NCBI GenBank assembly: GCA_964016885.1
Contig: OZ024740.1
Span: 272,862,001 to 272,926,000 of the forward strand
Direction: 5' to 3'
Length of the DNA stretch: 64,000 nucleotides
Origin: Eledone cirrhosa
Lineage: Eukaryota
Position numbers and translations under genes: made by a program. Shown one piece after another: positions 27,570 through 42,180 of this stretch (positions are counted from its first letter, which is position 1; every line of letters starts with the position of its first letter). The notes beneath the pieces were generated by a model. That model ran no database searches. It had not been told where the DNA came from and saw only the letters and a list, made by a program, of their open reading frames with translations.

Positions 27570-28135
27570 AATAATTGTTTCTACATTGGGCCCAAGGCCA
27601 GCAATTATTCCAGTGTATTACTGGTACTTTATTTTATCGACCCCGTAAGGATGAAAGGCAAAGTTAACCTCGACGGGATTTGAATTCACACCGTAAAGGG
27701 ACGTAACTATGCTGGAAAGCATGGCGTCCGACCCTCTACCGATACTGCCAGAGGGTCGGACGTCATAAAATAATGAAGCTATAAACTCATGCGCGTTCAC
27801 ACACACACACAAACACACATACACACACGCACACATATATGAACATATATTTGAACTCAGACCATTAAAAGGGCTGTAACTCTTCGCAGCAAAGCATGGC
27901 GTCCAACCCTCTACCGATACTGCCAATTCACCGCCAAAACTAAATACTTGTTCCTACTTTAGGCACAAGGCCAGCAATTACCCAGTGCATTACTGGTACT
28001 TTATTTTATCGACCCCGTAAGGATGAAAGGCAAAGTCAACCTCGGCGGGATTTGAACTCAGACCGTAAAGGGACGTAACTATGCTGCAAATCATGGCGTC
28101 CGACCCTCTACCTATACTGCCAATCCACGGCCAAA
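27570..28135 (-). mobile_element. SINE family A cluster (27570-27750, 27850-27935 partial, 27947-28135)
   Basis: Near-consensus copies. The first has a short fold-back at its 5' end. Confidence 0.9.
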
Positions 28136-29814
28136 ACTAAATAATTGTTTCTACCGCCAAAACTAAATAATGTAATGTATTTAGTTTGGCACTCTGTTGT
28201 CTCAAACATCTTCACATACTTTAAGATCTTGAGATATGTATTGGTTTTACTTTGATTAAGCAGAAACATTGCATATTTTAGAATGGGAATAAAAGGAAAG
28301 AAATGATATTCATGCAGTTTTGAAGGTATTCACAAGTGAGTAAATGAAGTGAATACACTTTAACAGAAAAATGAAAATGTTGCAGCCTCGGCTTGCATCT
28401 TAATCTACAGCCCTCGCCACCTAGTTTAGAAGCGTATATCGTAAAAGGAAGGGTTAAATCATGCTGTGTGTGAGTAGTCTAAGGGAAAGAATCTTCATAA
28501 AATGTGCAGAAATGTTTCCAATTAGCAGCGGAAGAATATTTTCGTTGTCTGTCTGATTGACTAGAATGACCTATAATTTGCTACAAATTCGATCTATCTA
28601 CTACTAACATTGGTCGATATGTGTCGACTCTTTATGATTGTATATTTGTGTGTGGAGGAGTGTGTATACATATGTATGTTTCCGTGTGTTTATGTGTGAA
28701 TGTGTACTTGTATATGTACGCATATATGAATATGTGTGAACGGGCAGACGATTCAACAAACTGCTAGCTGTAGTAAATCCAAAATCTCTCAGTCATTTGT
28801 TATGTTTGCTATCAGAAAGATAACGGAAGAAACATGAAGTTTAATCAAATGGAAACATCTTTGATAAAGACAATCGACCAAGTGATATCCATCCATAACA
28901 GGCAGTCGAGCCATAAATGAGAATGGACAAGATGGAGTCGAACTTTTGTTTCCCCTTTTCGCCTAATAAAGTCGACATTAAGAAGCAGATTGTGAACTCT
29001 CAATGTATACGGCCTCATTTCCCAGTCATAATATACCTGTCAATGAATGGGTCAGATTTGCAAATGACTCTTACGATGTATTTGCTTACGCTTTATAATT
29101 GACTTGTCTACAGCTCTGTCTCCATCGTTATTGACAGTAAACTTAATGCAATAATGTCTGCGTGACGTGTCCAATAGAAAGTATCAGCTATTGTTAAACT
29201 TCAAAAGAGACATAATGGGGTGTGGCAAAACACTTTCTTCAGTAAGTCGTTTCATTATCTCTTTCGTTTTTATAATATTTTGTTTTGTACCAAATATAAT
29301 TATGAATTTAGTATACATGGTAGAGTTCTATACTTAGTATATGAGTTCAAATCTTACTCCAGGAGTTATAACTTTAGCTTTTAATCAGTTAGATGTAATA
29401 TCGATTGACCAGTAATTTTAAGTTTCATTCCGGGTTCAAATCTCACTACAGTCAACATCTGAATTTCTTCGTTAATAATGTAAAAAAAAAACCAAACAAA
29501 CAGATCTAAACAATTGTACCCTTCCCACAATATCTGTGTCTATTCTAACAATCATATACTGAGGGTGGTGCAAGCTACAATAACATAATACAAAGAAAAA
29601 AATGCCATGTTGCTTTCAATAATAATGAAGATTTCAAGTAAAGATTAGCTTTTACAAGATGTAAAGCACTGGACTACATCTCCCCCTCTTTCTCTCTCTT
29701 CTAGTGTCGTACCTACTGTTGGAGTCGTAGGGTCGTTTCTCAAGCATTTTAAGCCTGGCAGAGCCCAACCCTCACCATGTCGGAGCACAGTAGATTTCTT
29801 CCAGAGAAGGATTG

Positions 29815-29836
29815 ATAGAGAGAGAGAGAGAGAGAA

Positions 29837-29879
<43 letters not shown>

Positions 29880-30070
29880 TATACAGAGAAGAAAGAGAAA
29901 GTTGGAAAGAGATATAGAGGAAGAATCGACCTCAGTATTAGACTGGTACTGTTTTAGCGACCTATCAAGAATGAAAGCAAAGTTGACCACGGTGAGATTT
30001 GAACTAAGAGAGCAGAGAGCCGAAACGAATACCACAAACCATTCTGTCCCATATTCTAACGACTCACTGG
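29815..30070 (-). mobile_element. (GA)n tract followed by an old SINE family A-related copy (29925-30070)
   Basis: GACTGGTACT..GAATGAAAGCAAAGTTGACCACGGTGAGATTTGAACT. Confidence 0.7.
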
Positions 30071-30689
30071 ACTGCATAGATTTGGATAACTCTGCACCTT
30101 TAGAACTTAACCCTTGTGGTAAATATGAACAAGAATATAATGGCTTTAGTCGTCTCGACGATAACCATAATTTTTAAATAATTGATCATAGTATCCAAGC
30201 AAGAAAATAATTTAAAGTTTGTTTTACCCTTATTTTTTCCCTCTCCTGCTTGCATACAATCTCACAGAAACAGGAGAGTTGCAAAAGTGTCTTATAACAT
30301 TTGTTTGCCAAGAGTTATGTTTACAGGATTGGTCCTTACTAATTTTGTCCACTGGGTGCACCTGAAACACCGCCCTGTCTTAGGTGTAGAGTCGGCAACC
30401 CTTTCCACTTCCTCATTTCCTTCTTTCGTTGCCTAATAATATTTGCCTTTTGCCTCCTTTTCCTCTCGTCTATAGCATGTATAGTCCTTTCCAATACTAC
30501 TTTCTTTTTCTATATGTTTGACTAAATATTAAATACTTTATTATTTTAATGTAATTCTGTCCTAGAAATATAATTGAGTATTTTGAATAATAATGTATTT
30601 ACTTCAAATTCATAATGTTTTTAAGTAAATGTATTGGAATGAGAATACAAAAAAATAGTAATATACTTAATGGTGTCTGTGATGGAGTT

Positions 30690-31030
30690 GAAGCTATGGG
30701 ATATGATGCTATTCAGTTTTAAAGTGAGTGTGTTCATTTCACAGAAGAGCGAAATTGCAGTTATATAGTTATGCAGTTATTTAAAGACGTTTAAATGGAT
30801 TTAGAAAAAGACACCTAGGACAAGAAAGAAAGGCTTTGTTTGAGAAAAATGGCATGCATACTCTTGAGGCTCTTCTTGACGCATTTGAAGGAAGCCGATT
30901 TTAGCATAGATGACTGCTTCAAAACGTCATCTGAAATGTGGACATGCTGGAGTCAGATGATCTTTATCTATTTTGGATACTGTGCTAGTAATGGCGGATT
31001 TCAGATATGTTATAACGTTACAGGGGATTG
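30690..31030 (+). mobile_element. Possible highly decayed pogo-like transposase fragment
   Basis: Weak Y..FKV.V..F.EE.N and FK(A)S-like traces, with many stops. Confidence 0.3.
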
Positions 31031-31034
31031 ATTG

Positions 31035-31860
31035 ACTATCCCCTGGACTACGCCCCATATGTAGTAGTTCAACGGATTCAAATCTAGAGAGCTAGGAGGT
31101 CATATATTTGGAGTGTCGGGATATTGGCGAATGTAACACATCTATACCTTGAGCGGCTTCACCTCATAAGACGGCTTAGATCTTTGTTGGTATGTGTGCT
31201 GTCTTCCTTTGCTCACGCCTTCTATACATGGCCTCACAAACTCATAGCCTCTCCAATGCCTCTTTATAGTCAGAAGAATTGACCATTAAGCCCCAAAGAA
31301 AGAAGCGAGGAGATGTGATATCCCCTCGTTGGTCACGACTCACATAACCATCAACGTAGCTGGAAACCTTGTGTACATAACCGTTGGAACCTCTTTGAGT
31401 CTCTGCATAACCATCTGTCATTTTTTATGTTGATGCTTTGGTTAAAGTTTTTCTCATTGGCGAAAAACAAAAGAATTCTGGGATCTTAGTGTTTCAGCTT
31501 GCCCAACAAACGCTTAGTGCTGTGCATTGTGCATGAGGATCGTCGATACATATCATATGCGATGTGGAGAAGCTAACTCATGGCTTCGCAGACATGAATT
31601 AGACTCTCTACATCACGTATATTTTGTATCGAAGTCGTTCATGGCTATGATTGACCTTCTGGCGTTTTTATCGATGATTTTCTGCAATTTTCCTTTGGTT
31701 GTTCTGGTTGTATTAGAACCCTTAGCAGACGTTTTACGTTTTAGTGCTGCTGTAGTATCTCTGGTAGCGGCTTTGTAAACTTTGTAAATTTGAAAACAAA
31801 ACAACTATGCAAATTTGAGGAAGAGAACAATCACTAAATCACTATGCCCTGTTATTAAAG
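31035..31860 (-). mobile_element. Decayed Tc1/mariner-superfamily (maT/DD37D-like) transposase
   Basis: The minus strand gives KIIDKNARRSI (HTH region), PATLMVM.VVTNEG...PRFF, V(K/R)P.I and PPSSLDLNPLNYYIWGVV (WPPxSPDLNPxDY motif). Confidence 0.8.
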
Positions 31861-33115
31861 CGTACCCTTTGAATTGCTGGGTTAGCGTGACGTTTATCAT
31901 CATTTATCTGAAAAGAAATGATAATCAGAACTAGTTAGAAAAAGGCTAAAGCTTAAAATATCCTCAATGAACTGAACAACCCTGTATATCTGTTGCACTA
32001 TCAATTGAGGTTCTTTTACTAATAGTGTTGGAGGTTAATGTATTGGACACCATGTCTACAGCTGTAATGCCTATGATGGTGGACGTCTTAATAAAAATAC
32101 TTATCACTTATACAACATCGAGCATTTGTATGGAACGGAAATGTTCCAACACATTGTACTAAATAGGTGAATGGCACTCCTATTATCAAACAGATGAGAA
32201 CCGAAGACAATCGAGTAGAATTTTTTTTTAAGGTAGAACTTTGTGATGTAAGTCTAAATACGGTTTCAAATATTTCCCTGACGTTGAATTCAATTTTAAG
32301 TAACGTGATTGATGGTTAAATCTACTCCTGGATACATTACCAGTATTTATCGCACATGTAACATGTAACATATTGAGAAAATCTAGTACATATTCCTAAA
32401 GGATGTTTGAACTGTATAAATAAATACTTTTCTAAGTGAAACTACATCATATTAGGCGCAGATTTCAAACCAAGTAATTTTACCTCTAATGAAATGATCA
32501 GTATCTCTTTAGTATTTAATGTTATAATATTACAATCAAATATAATCCTGTGTTCAAGGAAATGTTCGCCACTTCTTATCGATTATCTGAATTCTGAAGT
32601 CGTCACCTGCATACATTTCATACATTTTCCAAAGTTTGGTAGACAAATATATAACTTTCGATATGAGTCCATAAAGCATAAAGTTACTGCAATCATTCAC
32701 AGCAATCAATTAATTTACAGTGTAATTATTCTAAACGAATAATAACATAAAATTATTCGCCATGACAGAATAGATAATGATTGAAACTTTAAAACAAAGC
32801 AATACAAAACAAACATAATGAAATAAAACAAAGAAATCAGTCAATGTAATTAAAACAATAAAGTAACATAACCAGAAGCAAAAAAGAAAATTAGACAAAC
32901 ATAAATAGATAAATAGATAAACAGATAAACAAACACAATTCGATATTTAAATAATAATTAATTTATATGTCTCCAACTGTCTGTTTAACTTTGATAACCA
33001 TTTTATAAATGTGTATATACGCGTATATAGATACATACATGCATACATACACACACACACAAGCACACACACACATATATATATATATTTATACACACAC
33101 ATACACACATACATA

Positions 33116-33176
<61 letters not shown>

Positions 33177-33421
33177 CTTTGTTATCTGTCCTATTGATCG
33201 TGATGATTGTGGGTTTTTATATATATGTTTATCTATAAAATTTTGTAAGGTTAGGAATTAAAATGTAAATAATAAAATAAAATTCTATAGTCAATAATTG
33301 TGATTAAATCCATTGGGATAGTCTACAATCATATCATTTATAATTTCATTCAAAGTATTATAGCAACATTTCATCATTCAGCACAGTTTATAGATAAAAA
33401 AATATATAGCACGCGCGCACG

Positions 33422-33485
<64 letters not shown>

Positions 33486-33913
33486 TACATGCACACACAT
33501 AAATAAATAAATAAAAATATTATTTCACTGATTGACAAAATTTACGGCATCATTTGCTAAGTTGTTACCTCATATTATTTTGACATTTTCACATTAAATA
33601 AGTACATTCCATTTTGTGTACTGTTGCCTGATGCACGTTTAAGATCAACTTATTGTTATGGACTATTATTTTTCTTTTAGCTCCAGGTCAACAGAGGGAT
33701 ATAAAGTTTAAAAGTACATTCCTTGTACTTTTAAACTTCGTGGTGTAATTCGAATTATATTATCTTGTGCGTTTTCTTTTTGCCTAAGATATGAGAGTGT
33801 GGATTTAAAAAATAACATTTTCCTGTTAATTTTAGTAGATAGAGAGTCCAGGCTGCAGAAATCTCACCTCACTTCGATGTAGATTTAGTTATGTGTTTAT
33901 ATATATATAGGTA

Positions 33914-34056
33914 AGTTATTCCGCGTTGAATCGGAGGTAACCACAGTAAGTAAGGTACTCAATACATAGCAGAGTATAACCGTTTTAATATAGATGAGAT
34001 TCTACAGGACAAGAACTGTTTCATTCTTTAGAAATCATCAGGATTCTTTAGAAATC
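33914..34056 (-). mobile_element. Penelope-like pLTR fragment, family P3, with a hammerhead core (~34000-34040), between (TA)n tracts
   Basis: The minus strand reads CTGATGA-TTTC-taaa-GAAT-GAAA-CAGttCTTGTC-CTGTAG. Homologs lie at 50125-50155 and 63884-64000. Confidence 0.65.
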
Positions 34057-34061
34057 ATATA

Positions 34062-34092
<31 letters not shown>

Positions 34093-34183
34093 TGCCTTTT
34101 CACATATATATCTATATATTTATATATATATGTATATATATATATATATATATTTATATATGTGTATATATATAAACATATAC

Positions 34184-34253
<70 letters not shown>

Positions 34254-34435
34254 AGGTCCTATACAAAACAAGGGTTATAGAGAAAAAGTGGAATTAGAAA
34301 TAGCACGAAAATTATATTTAGATGACCTGTTTTTCTTTGCTTTTTCTTTGATTCGTCAAAGTGAGATTATTAAAAAGGGTGAGAGGAACAATGTTCTTTA
34401 AAAAAGAAGTTTTATAATGTATATAAGATATTCTA

Positions 34436-34486
34436 AAATATAACCGGTTTCGATGTATCAGTGTAATCCATCTTATCAATGTTGAG
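34436..34486 (-). ncRNA. Degenerate minimal hammerhead motif
   Basis: The minus strand reads TTGATAA-GATG...CATC-GAAA-CCGG-TT-ATATT. The core is mutated from CTGATGA. Confidence 0.4.
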
Positions 34487-34564
34487 TATTACAATTTAAA
34501 AGGATTAAAATGAATTAAAAATTAAAAATTTCAAAATTAAGTGTTGAAGAAAGTCTGTTAGTTT

Positions 34565-34784
<220 letters not shown>

Positions 34785-35110
34785 TGTTTTGTAGTGTGGT
34801 GTGTGTGCGATTGTACGTGTGTGTACGTTTTAGTTTGTTATGTAGATGTATATATGTATGTGTATATGTATATATATATATATATATATGTGTATATAAT
34901 TATGTGTATAGATGTATATATATGTATGTGTATATATGTATATATATGTGTGCGTGTGTGTACGTGTATGAGTTTGTTTGTGCGTGCATGATGAGTAGGT
35001 TTATATTGGGTGCAGAGCAATACATTATGATGACTGTAATGTGTACGTCTCATAACAATACTGATGTATCTATATTGAACGGATAGGTGTCCTCTTCTTG
35101 TTTCGTTGTT

Positions 35111-35156
35111 AACACAACGTTTCGGCTGATGTACTCTCCAGCCTTCATCAGGTGTC
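35111..35156 (-). ncRNA. Minimal Type I hammerhead ribozyme (Penelope-type)
   Basis: GACAC-CUGAUGA-A-GGCUG-gagaguacau-CAGCC-GAAAC-GUU-GUGUU. It has a 5-bp stem I, an intact core, a 5-bp stem II, a loopless palindromic stem III (AC/GU) and the NUH triplet GUU. Confidence 0.8.
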
Positions 35157-35231
35157 CTAGTGATGTTATTATTAACGCTTGTTCAGGTCACTGCCTAGAG
35201 TTGTACTCCTCGGAATCTTGAGGTTAGTAGC

Positions 35232-35272
35232 CTGATGAAGGCTGGAGAGTACATCAGCCGAAACGTTGTGTT
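35232..35272 (+). ncRNA. Hammerhead copy lacking the 5' strand of stem I
   Basis: Core, stem II and stem III are identical to 35111-35156, but the upstream GACAC is replaced by GTAGC. Confidence 0.6.
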
Positions 35273-35518
35273 AACAACAAAACAAGATGAGGACACCTAT
35301 CCGTCCAATATATATAATGTAAGTAATTCCTCGTCTCAAAAATATAGAACAGTAATACTTATGTATGTTTAACTAATAATTTTGATGTTTGACGCAACGA
35401 ATGTATAGATATATTTCTTTATTTTCGTGCTATATTTGATGTGCTTGAAACATCAAATGGACAAATACATACTCTTTGTCTTTTATATATATGCGTATAT
35501 ATATATATATATATATAT

Positions 35519-35682
35519 AACGAAGGAAATGTGGTAAGGAACCAGGTGGACCATAACGCACCAAAGTACTCAATACTTGAGGTAGTAGAGTGGGTAATAG
35601 GAACCAGTAAGACCCCGACAGCTGAGCTCAAGCCGTTTCGAAACGGCTTGAGCTCAGCTGTCGGGGTCTTACTGGTTCCTAT
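35519..35682. mobile_element. Family P1 fold-back repeat with a perfect 86-bp palindrome (35597-35682)
   Basis: Loopless centre GTTTC|GAAAC and (TA)n flanks. Confidence 0.8.
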
Positions 35683-35729
35683 ATATATATATATATATGC
35701 ATATATCTATATCTATATCTATCTATCTA

Positions 35730-35763
<34 letters not shown>

Positions 35764-35787
35764 TTCATATATATCTATATCTATATA

Positions 35788-35858
<71 letters not shown>

Positions 35859-35889
35859 ATCTGCATATATATCTCACTCTATATATATA

Positions 35890-35961
<72 letters not shown>

Positions 35962-36045
35962 TTCATATATATATATATATATATGTATGTATATATGCAT
36001 ATATATCTAGATATATATATATGCATATATATATATATATATATT
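35683..36045. repeat. (TA)n compound microsatellite
   Basis: Visible directly. Confidence 0.95.
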
Positions 36046-36829
36046 ACATACGACATATTGAACTGTGCACTAAGTAATTATAGAATAGTAAAAGTTAAAA
36101 TTTGTAAAACAGTAAAAGTGTTTATCCCGAAGTGTAAACACACATTTATATAGATCAAGTATATATACCTATCTACGTATATTTTCGTAGATTAAAATAT
36201 GAACAGTTGAACTAGAGCGTCGATCTCTATTGCTCCTACAAACTTGCATGATGTTAGTGCTTAAGGTGGTAGTCAATTCAATTGTATATTAGACTGTACA
36301 CTAAGCAGCTCAAGTATATCATCAATGCTGTGTCAATAAAAATATTCATGCATATAAAACCGTTCCTTGTTGAGATGTACATCAGATTGTGTCTACATCA
36401 AATAAGAAATACGCAAAGATGAGTTTTATATTCATCAAATATGGCAATGCAAGAGAACCAGACTTATTAATTTGTACAATTTCATACATTAAACTGTGTA
36501 CTAAGCAGTTGAACTATATATATATATGTACAAACAGTACAGGTCGAAAGCCGAGGGTGTCAGAAGTGTGTGTGTTTATAAACATTTTTGCATGAAAACA
36601 CATCTATTTACGAATTTCGCCATATCCGTACCAGTGATTGGTGTAGGTTTTGTTTTTAGTATCATTATTGATATTATACGATAGTATGTTTTGGTTGTAA
36701 ACATTTTACTGTACGTTGTATGATATGGTTTATAGTAGCATCGGTTTGATTCAAATATGTTGACTGTAATTCTGTAAGGTAAGTCTATAATGAAATAGGT
36801 TTGAAGTCAATTTATGTTGGTTATACAGT

Positions 36830-36866
<37 letters not shown>

Positions 36867-37496
36867 TTGTTCTAGAAGTGGCATTGATGAATAGGCAACA
36901 CATTTCTGGGTTATTATCCTTCGTCAAGACTGTGTACTCTTCTGCCACTCGCTTGAACTTTTGAAAATATATAATATTGTACATCGGCTGATTAACCACA
37001 TTTGCTTATAATATAATTACAAATGAATCGAATATTATAATCATTATTCGATATAAAACTCATACATACATTTATGTAACCAGCTTTGTGAGAACGAGGA
37101 ATGAAATTCTAATTTTGTTTTCAATTTTCGGCAAGCAAAGCCGGCCTTAAAATCGCTCGGTATGCAAATGAGGATAATCATTCGTATGGAAACATCAGGA
37201 ATATGCCGATGATTTTATATGAACGAAACAGTTCTAATCCTATAGAATTAACCTTTATACACACACACACACACACATATATATATGTAAAAATAGATAG
37301 ATTTCAGGCTGTTTTGTTATATATAATATCACATTATCTCTGTTCATATTAGGCACAATGTAGCCACCAGATGGATGTTTCTATGTTAGTATTTGGATGC
37401 GTATATATTGTACATATAATAGCGCATACACAAATACGCACGGACATATATAAATATATATATATATATATAAATACACACAAACACACACACACT

Positions 37497-37543
<47 letters not shown>

Positions 37544-37631
37544 GTATATAATTGATAGTATATAAACATACATACATAAATATGCATATGTATATATACA
37601 TATATACATATGCATATATATGTATGTATAT

Positions 37632-37691
<60 letters not shown>

Positions 37692-38019
37692 ATTATGAGT
37701 CTGTGTATGTTTGTATTTTCCCTATATCTATTGTTGTAGATACGCACATAAAACAGAATTTAATCAATAGTTGATACACAAACAAATTGATAGACAACAT
37801 CTACGTATGAATTCAACCAGATAGTAATTAGCACTTCTACCCCAAACACATATAAACCAGACAAGTGACCCCCCCTCCAAATATATATATATATATATCG
37901 TTTATTGAGGCCAACTTTGAGTCTTGTTTCTCTGTACTTTCTCCTGTAAACACACAGGGACTTTAGACTCGCGTCTGTCCTTACTAAAATCATTTACAGA
38001 CACACACACACATACACAC

Positions 38020-38129
<110 letters not shown>

Positions 38130-38284
38130 CATATATATATATAAGTATATATATATATATATATATGTGTATATATATATGTGTGTGTTAGTGGGGTGTA
38201 TGGATATATTAAGTAGAATGAAAGTAGGTTTCACATTAAGCTTTTTATTGATTATGTTCAGTTACGGACGTTTCATAGATAGGT

Positions 38285-39830
38285 GACTCAGGGTTCATTA
38301 TAGTGGCAATCACCCAACTTAAGCCCAATCTGCTCACCAGACTTGTTAATAAAGCAAATCCAGAATCTCACCTATATATATATGTAAAACTGCCTTGCAA
38401 GCAGTAAACTACATGGGAAGCCAAAAGAATGCATAATAGGTCCTATCCATAAAAGAGGATGCAGAGCAGATGCTATAAACTACACGCCTTCCTCCCTGAT
38501 TTCACATATTAGCAAAATCAGGGAACTAATCTTCAGAAGGAAACTGATTAATTTTCTAGGGGAAAATCGTCTTTTAACTGATATCCAACATTGCTTTCGC
38601 CCGGCTTGAAGTTGCCTACGCAGCTCTTGCAGCATTATGACTTGCGTCCTCAGATAGTTGGGAGACCGTTTGAATGTGGATGTGATATAGCTCAACTTTG
38701 CGAAGGCCTTCGACAAGGTTGATCATAGAATGATATGTCACACAGTCCATAGCTTTGGCATAGCTGGAAAACTAGGTGAATGGCTTCATAACTTCTTACT
38801 TAAAAGAAAGAATTCAGTCTCATGCGGCCGATGGATCCCTCTTAAGCGTAAATAACAAGTGGCGTGCCCCAGGGAACTACTGTTTATTGTGGCTCTCTCA
38901 GATATGCCCTCGGTAATAGATGTATCCTCCTTCAAAAGCTATGCTGATGACACGAAAATAGCACATGTAATCAAGAAACACGCTGATGGTACACTCTTAC
39001 AACACAATTTAGGTACCATATACAATTGGGCAGAAGACAGCAATATGCAATTTAATGTAGGTAAGCTTCACACTCCTCGCTGTCAACCCACAAACACAGG
39101 TCCACTACTATAAAGGTACTCTTGAGAGGGAGTCGAAATCCCCGAGTCGAAATCAATACGAGACTTAGGTATTGACATGAGCTATGATGCATCAGGTCAT
39201 GCATATATCACCAAAATGTCGGTAATAGGCTGACGACTTGCGGTTACGATTCACAGGATTTTCAGGACAAGAGAGTCGGAAATATTGTTGGTCGTCTGGA
39301 GATCGTTCGTGCTCAGCCGACTGGATTATTGCTCTCACCTGTGGTAGCCCCACTGTGTCAAAATAAGCACAAAACTTGAAGCAATCCAGCCACAGATTTT
39401 CCTCAATGAAAGAGAGGAGTTACACAGAGATGCTGAAAGAACTAAAGCTTTACTCCCTGGAGGGAAGATGGGAGAAATACGAGGTGATATGCGTATGGAA
39501 GAACCTGGAAGGGATAGCACCAAACTTTGGCATTGAGGGCGGCCCAGCCCAAGAACAGGTCGCCTCTGTCTAGTAGCAAAGAACCCATCCATCGCATCAA
39601 GAACAAGGACCACATACTGCAATAGCTTGGGGTTTAAAAACCTAGCTTTTTAATAAGTTGCCACGAAATCAGAGACATCTACATGGTGTGCCTATAGATG
39701 TTTTCAAGAAACATCTCGACATTCAGCTAACCAAGATCCCGGATGAATCCTCAGCACAAGACGAAGTACAAATGAGAGCAACAGAGACAAACTCCTTTTT
39801 GTATCAATGGCCATCCAAAGATGACTGGTT
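38285..39830 (+). mobile_element. Decayed CR1/L2-group LINE (RT domain to 3' end)
   Basis: QHCFRP..SC..QLL, VDVI..NFAKAFDKVDH, GIAGKLGEWLHNFL, SYADDTKI, IRDLGI, VLSRLDYCS.LW.P and LKLYSLEGRWEKY..I.VWK, with stops and frameshifts. Confidence 0.88.
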
Positions 39831-40107
39831 ATAGAAAGTGTAGCATCAATGGTATGCTACAGCTTGATGACTAGAACACGTAATAGAGTAATATAACTTT
39901 GATAACTTTGATAGATTTTGGCCAGTATTGGCCCATGCCATGTCTAACTTAATAGCACCACCTGGCTAAATATATATCATGACTTTCATAACAGAGTTTG
40001 GTAGCTCATTTCTACAGCTTTAGCAACGTGAAATAAAGTGTCTTGCTCAACGACACAACGCAGCAGAAATCAACAGAAAAATGCCCCTACTAAATATGGA
40101 CGCTTAA

Positions 40108-40143
<36 letters not shown>

Positions 40144-40737
40144 GTATGTATGTATATATGTATATATGTATGTATGTATGTATATATGTATGTATGTATG
40201 TATGTGTATGTATATCCAGATAATTATCTCTGTAACGATCTACATTTATATCCATCTATCACTCAATCGATCTATCTATCTTCCTTTCTCTATATATATC
40301 CTACACAAGTATCCCCAACTTAGCCAAAAGCTACTTTGAACTTTGATCTTTCTATATTGACTAAAAAATTTCACCATAATTCCCTCCATTTTCCTCTGTT
40401 TCTATCTTTCACTCTTAGATACCAGCCATCTTTCCTTTCCTCCATACAATATCACCGCCATTATTTCTTACACACTCTCTTCCTTTACACAAACTTCTAC
40501 TACCTTTTCTCACTATATCTTCTGCGTTGTTTCTTTTTCAAGCTTCACTGACGTTACAAAACCAAGTCAAACACTTATATAAAGTTCTATTACTGCTGCT
40601 TCGACGGTGCCCTGCTCAGGAATGCTTAATAAGAAAATAATAATAAAAAAAGAATATCATATTAATGGTACTAATATTTTCGCTGGCGAATATAGTTGAA
40701 ATATAGTGGTGGAGAAAAAATAGTGAAAAAGAGCATG

Positions 40738-40740
<3 letters not shown>

Positions 40741-40794
<54 letters not shown>

Positions 40795-40795
40795 A
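40741..40795. repeat. (GA)n microsatellite
   Basis: Visible directly. Confidence 0.95.
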
Positions 40796-41176
40796 GCAGA
40801 CAGACAGAAGACGGGACAAAGGAAGAGCCGCAGATATGAGAAGAAAGAAATAGAAAAGGAGAAAGCGGGGAAAAATAGTCTTGAATGGGAAATTAGCGTC
40901 CGGCAGTCATTGATTAAACGCATTTTGGTCTCAGAGCTTCAAGAAATCGAATAGACACACGCATACACCCACACATACACCAAAACACACACACACACAC
41001 ACACGCACACACTCATACAGAGACAGGCGTACATATACCCACAAACGCATATATATATGTACATATAAATACATGTGTATCTAAGTATATATAGATACAT
41101 ATATATATATGTATGTATATATATATATATGTATGTCTATATATATGTATATATATACACATACATATATACATAA

Positions 41177-41209
<33 letters not shown>

Positions 41210-41212
41210 TAT

Positions 41213-41278
<66 letters not shown>

Positions 41279-41362
41279 ATACATATTTTTATATACCAAT
41301 TTATCATTCCATGCGCACATACACATACACACATACTCAAATATATGTATATATGTAAATAC

Positions 41363-41408
<46 letters not shown>

Positions 41409-41673
41409 TGTGTGGGTGTGGGTGTGTGTGTGTGTCAGTGTAAAAAACACCGAGTGAACAATGAAAAAAGTAAAAGATTAAAAATTTACAAGTGGATACA
41501 ATCTGCTCTTTGAGTATAAATCGATTTTCTTATATAAAAAAAAAACCTATTCATATATACATAAGTATTCACAACCACGCATACAAACACACATATATGT
41601 ATATACACACACACACATATCTATATATATATATATTATATATATATATATATAAATATATATATATAAATAT

Positions 41674-41765
41674 AACGAAGGAAATGTGGTAAGGAACCAG
41701 ATGGACCATGAATTAGCCGTCGAAACGGCTTGGGCTCAGCTGTCGGGGTCCTACTCGTTCCTATA
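41674..41765. mobile_element. Family P1 copy with an internal inversion junction
   Basis: AACGAAGGAAATGTGGTAAGGAACC..GGACCAT is joined to the opposite-orientation GAATTAGCCGTCGAAACGGC..GTTCCTATA. Confidence 0.75.
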
Positions 41766-41981
41766 TAAATATACATATATATTTATTAGAACTTTTGATG
41801 GTGCCCCACGATGAGTGTTCTAGTAGATTCAACGAAGGAATGTCTTGCGTTTAAATTAACGTGCAAGAGACCGAGTGTTTCACAAACATATAATATCGCC
41901 TGTAATTCTCAAATATTCAAAGTGACATGTGCAAGCCTGGTTCTTTGAGGCAAACTCATTTTTACCAGCTGAGTAATATAA

Positions 41982-42180
41982 AATAATTGTTTCTACTATT
42001 TGCACCAAGCCAGCAATTATCTCTGTGCATTACTAGTACTTTATTTTATCGACTCCGTAAGGATGAAAGGCAAAGCTAACCTCGAGAGGATTTGAACTCA
42101 CACCGTAAAGGGACGTAACTATGCTGGAAAGCATGGCGTCCGACCCTCGACCGATACTGCTAGAGGGTCGGACGCCATAA
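41982..42180 (-). mobile_element. SINE family A with a short 5' fold-back (same composite as 27570)
   Basis: CGTCCGACCCTC..GAGGGTCGGACG hairpin at the SINE head. Confidence 0.88.

Larger units (their letters stand above)
35071..35312. mobile_element. Inverted pair of PLE pLTR fragments, family P4
   Basis: Arms at 35071-35152 and 35231-35312 (~3 mismatches) around a ~78-bp spacer. Confidence 0.8.

Noticed and set aside
36056-36512. Three spaced copies of TATT(G/A)AACTGT(G/A)CACTAAG
   Set aside because: Probably an ancient degenerate ~215-bp tandem repeat; too diverged to define by eye.
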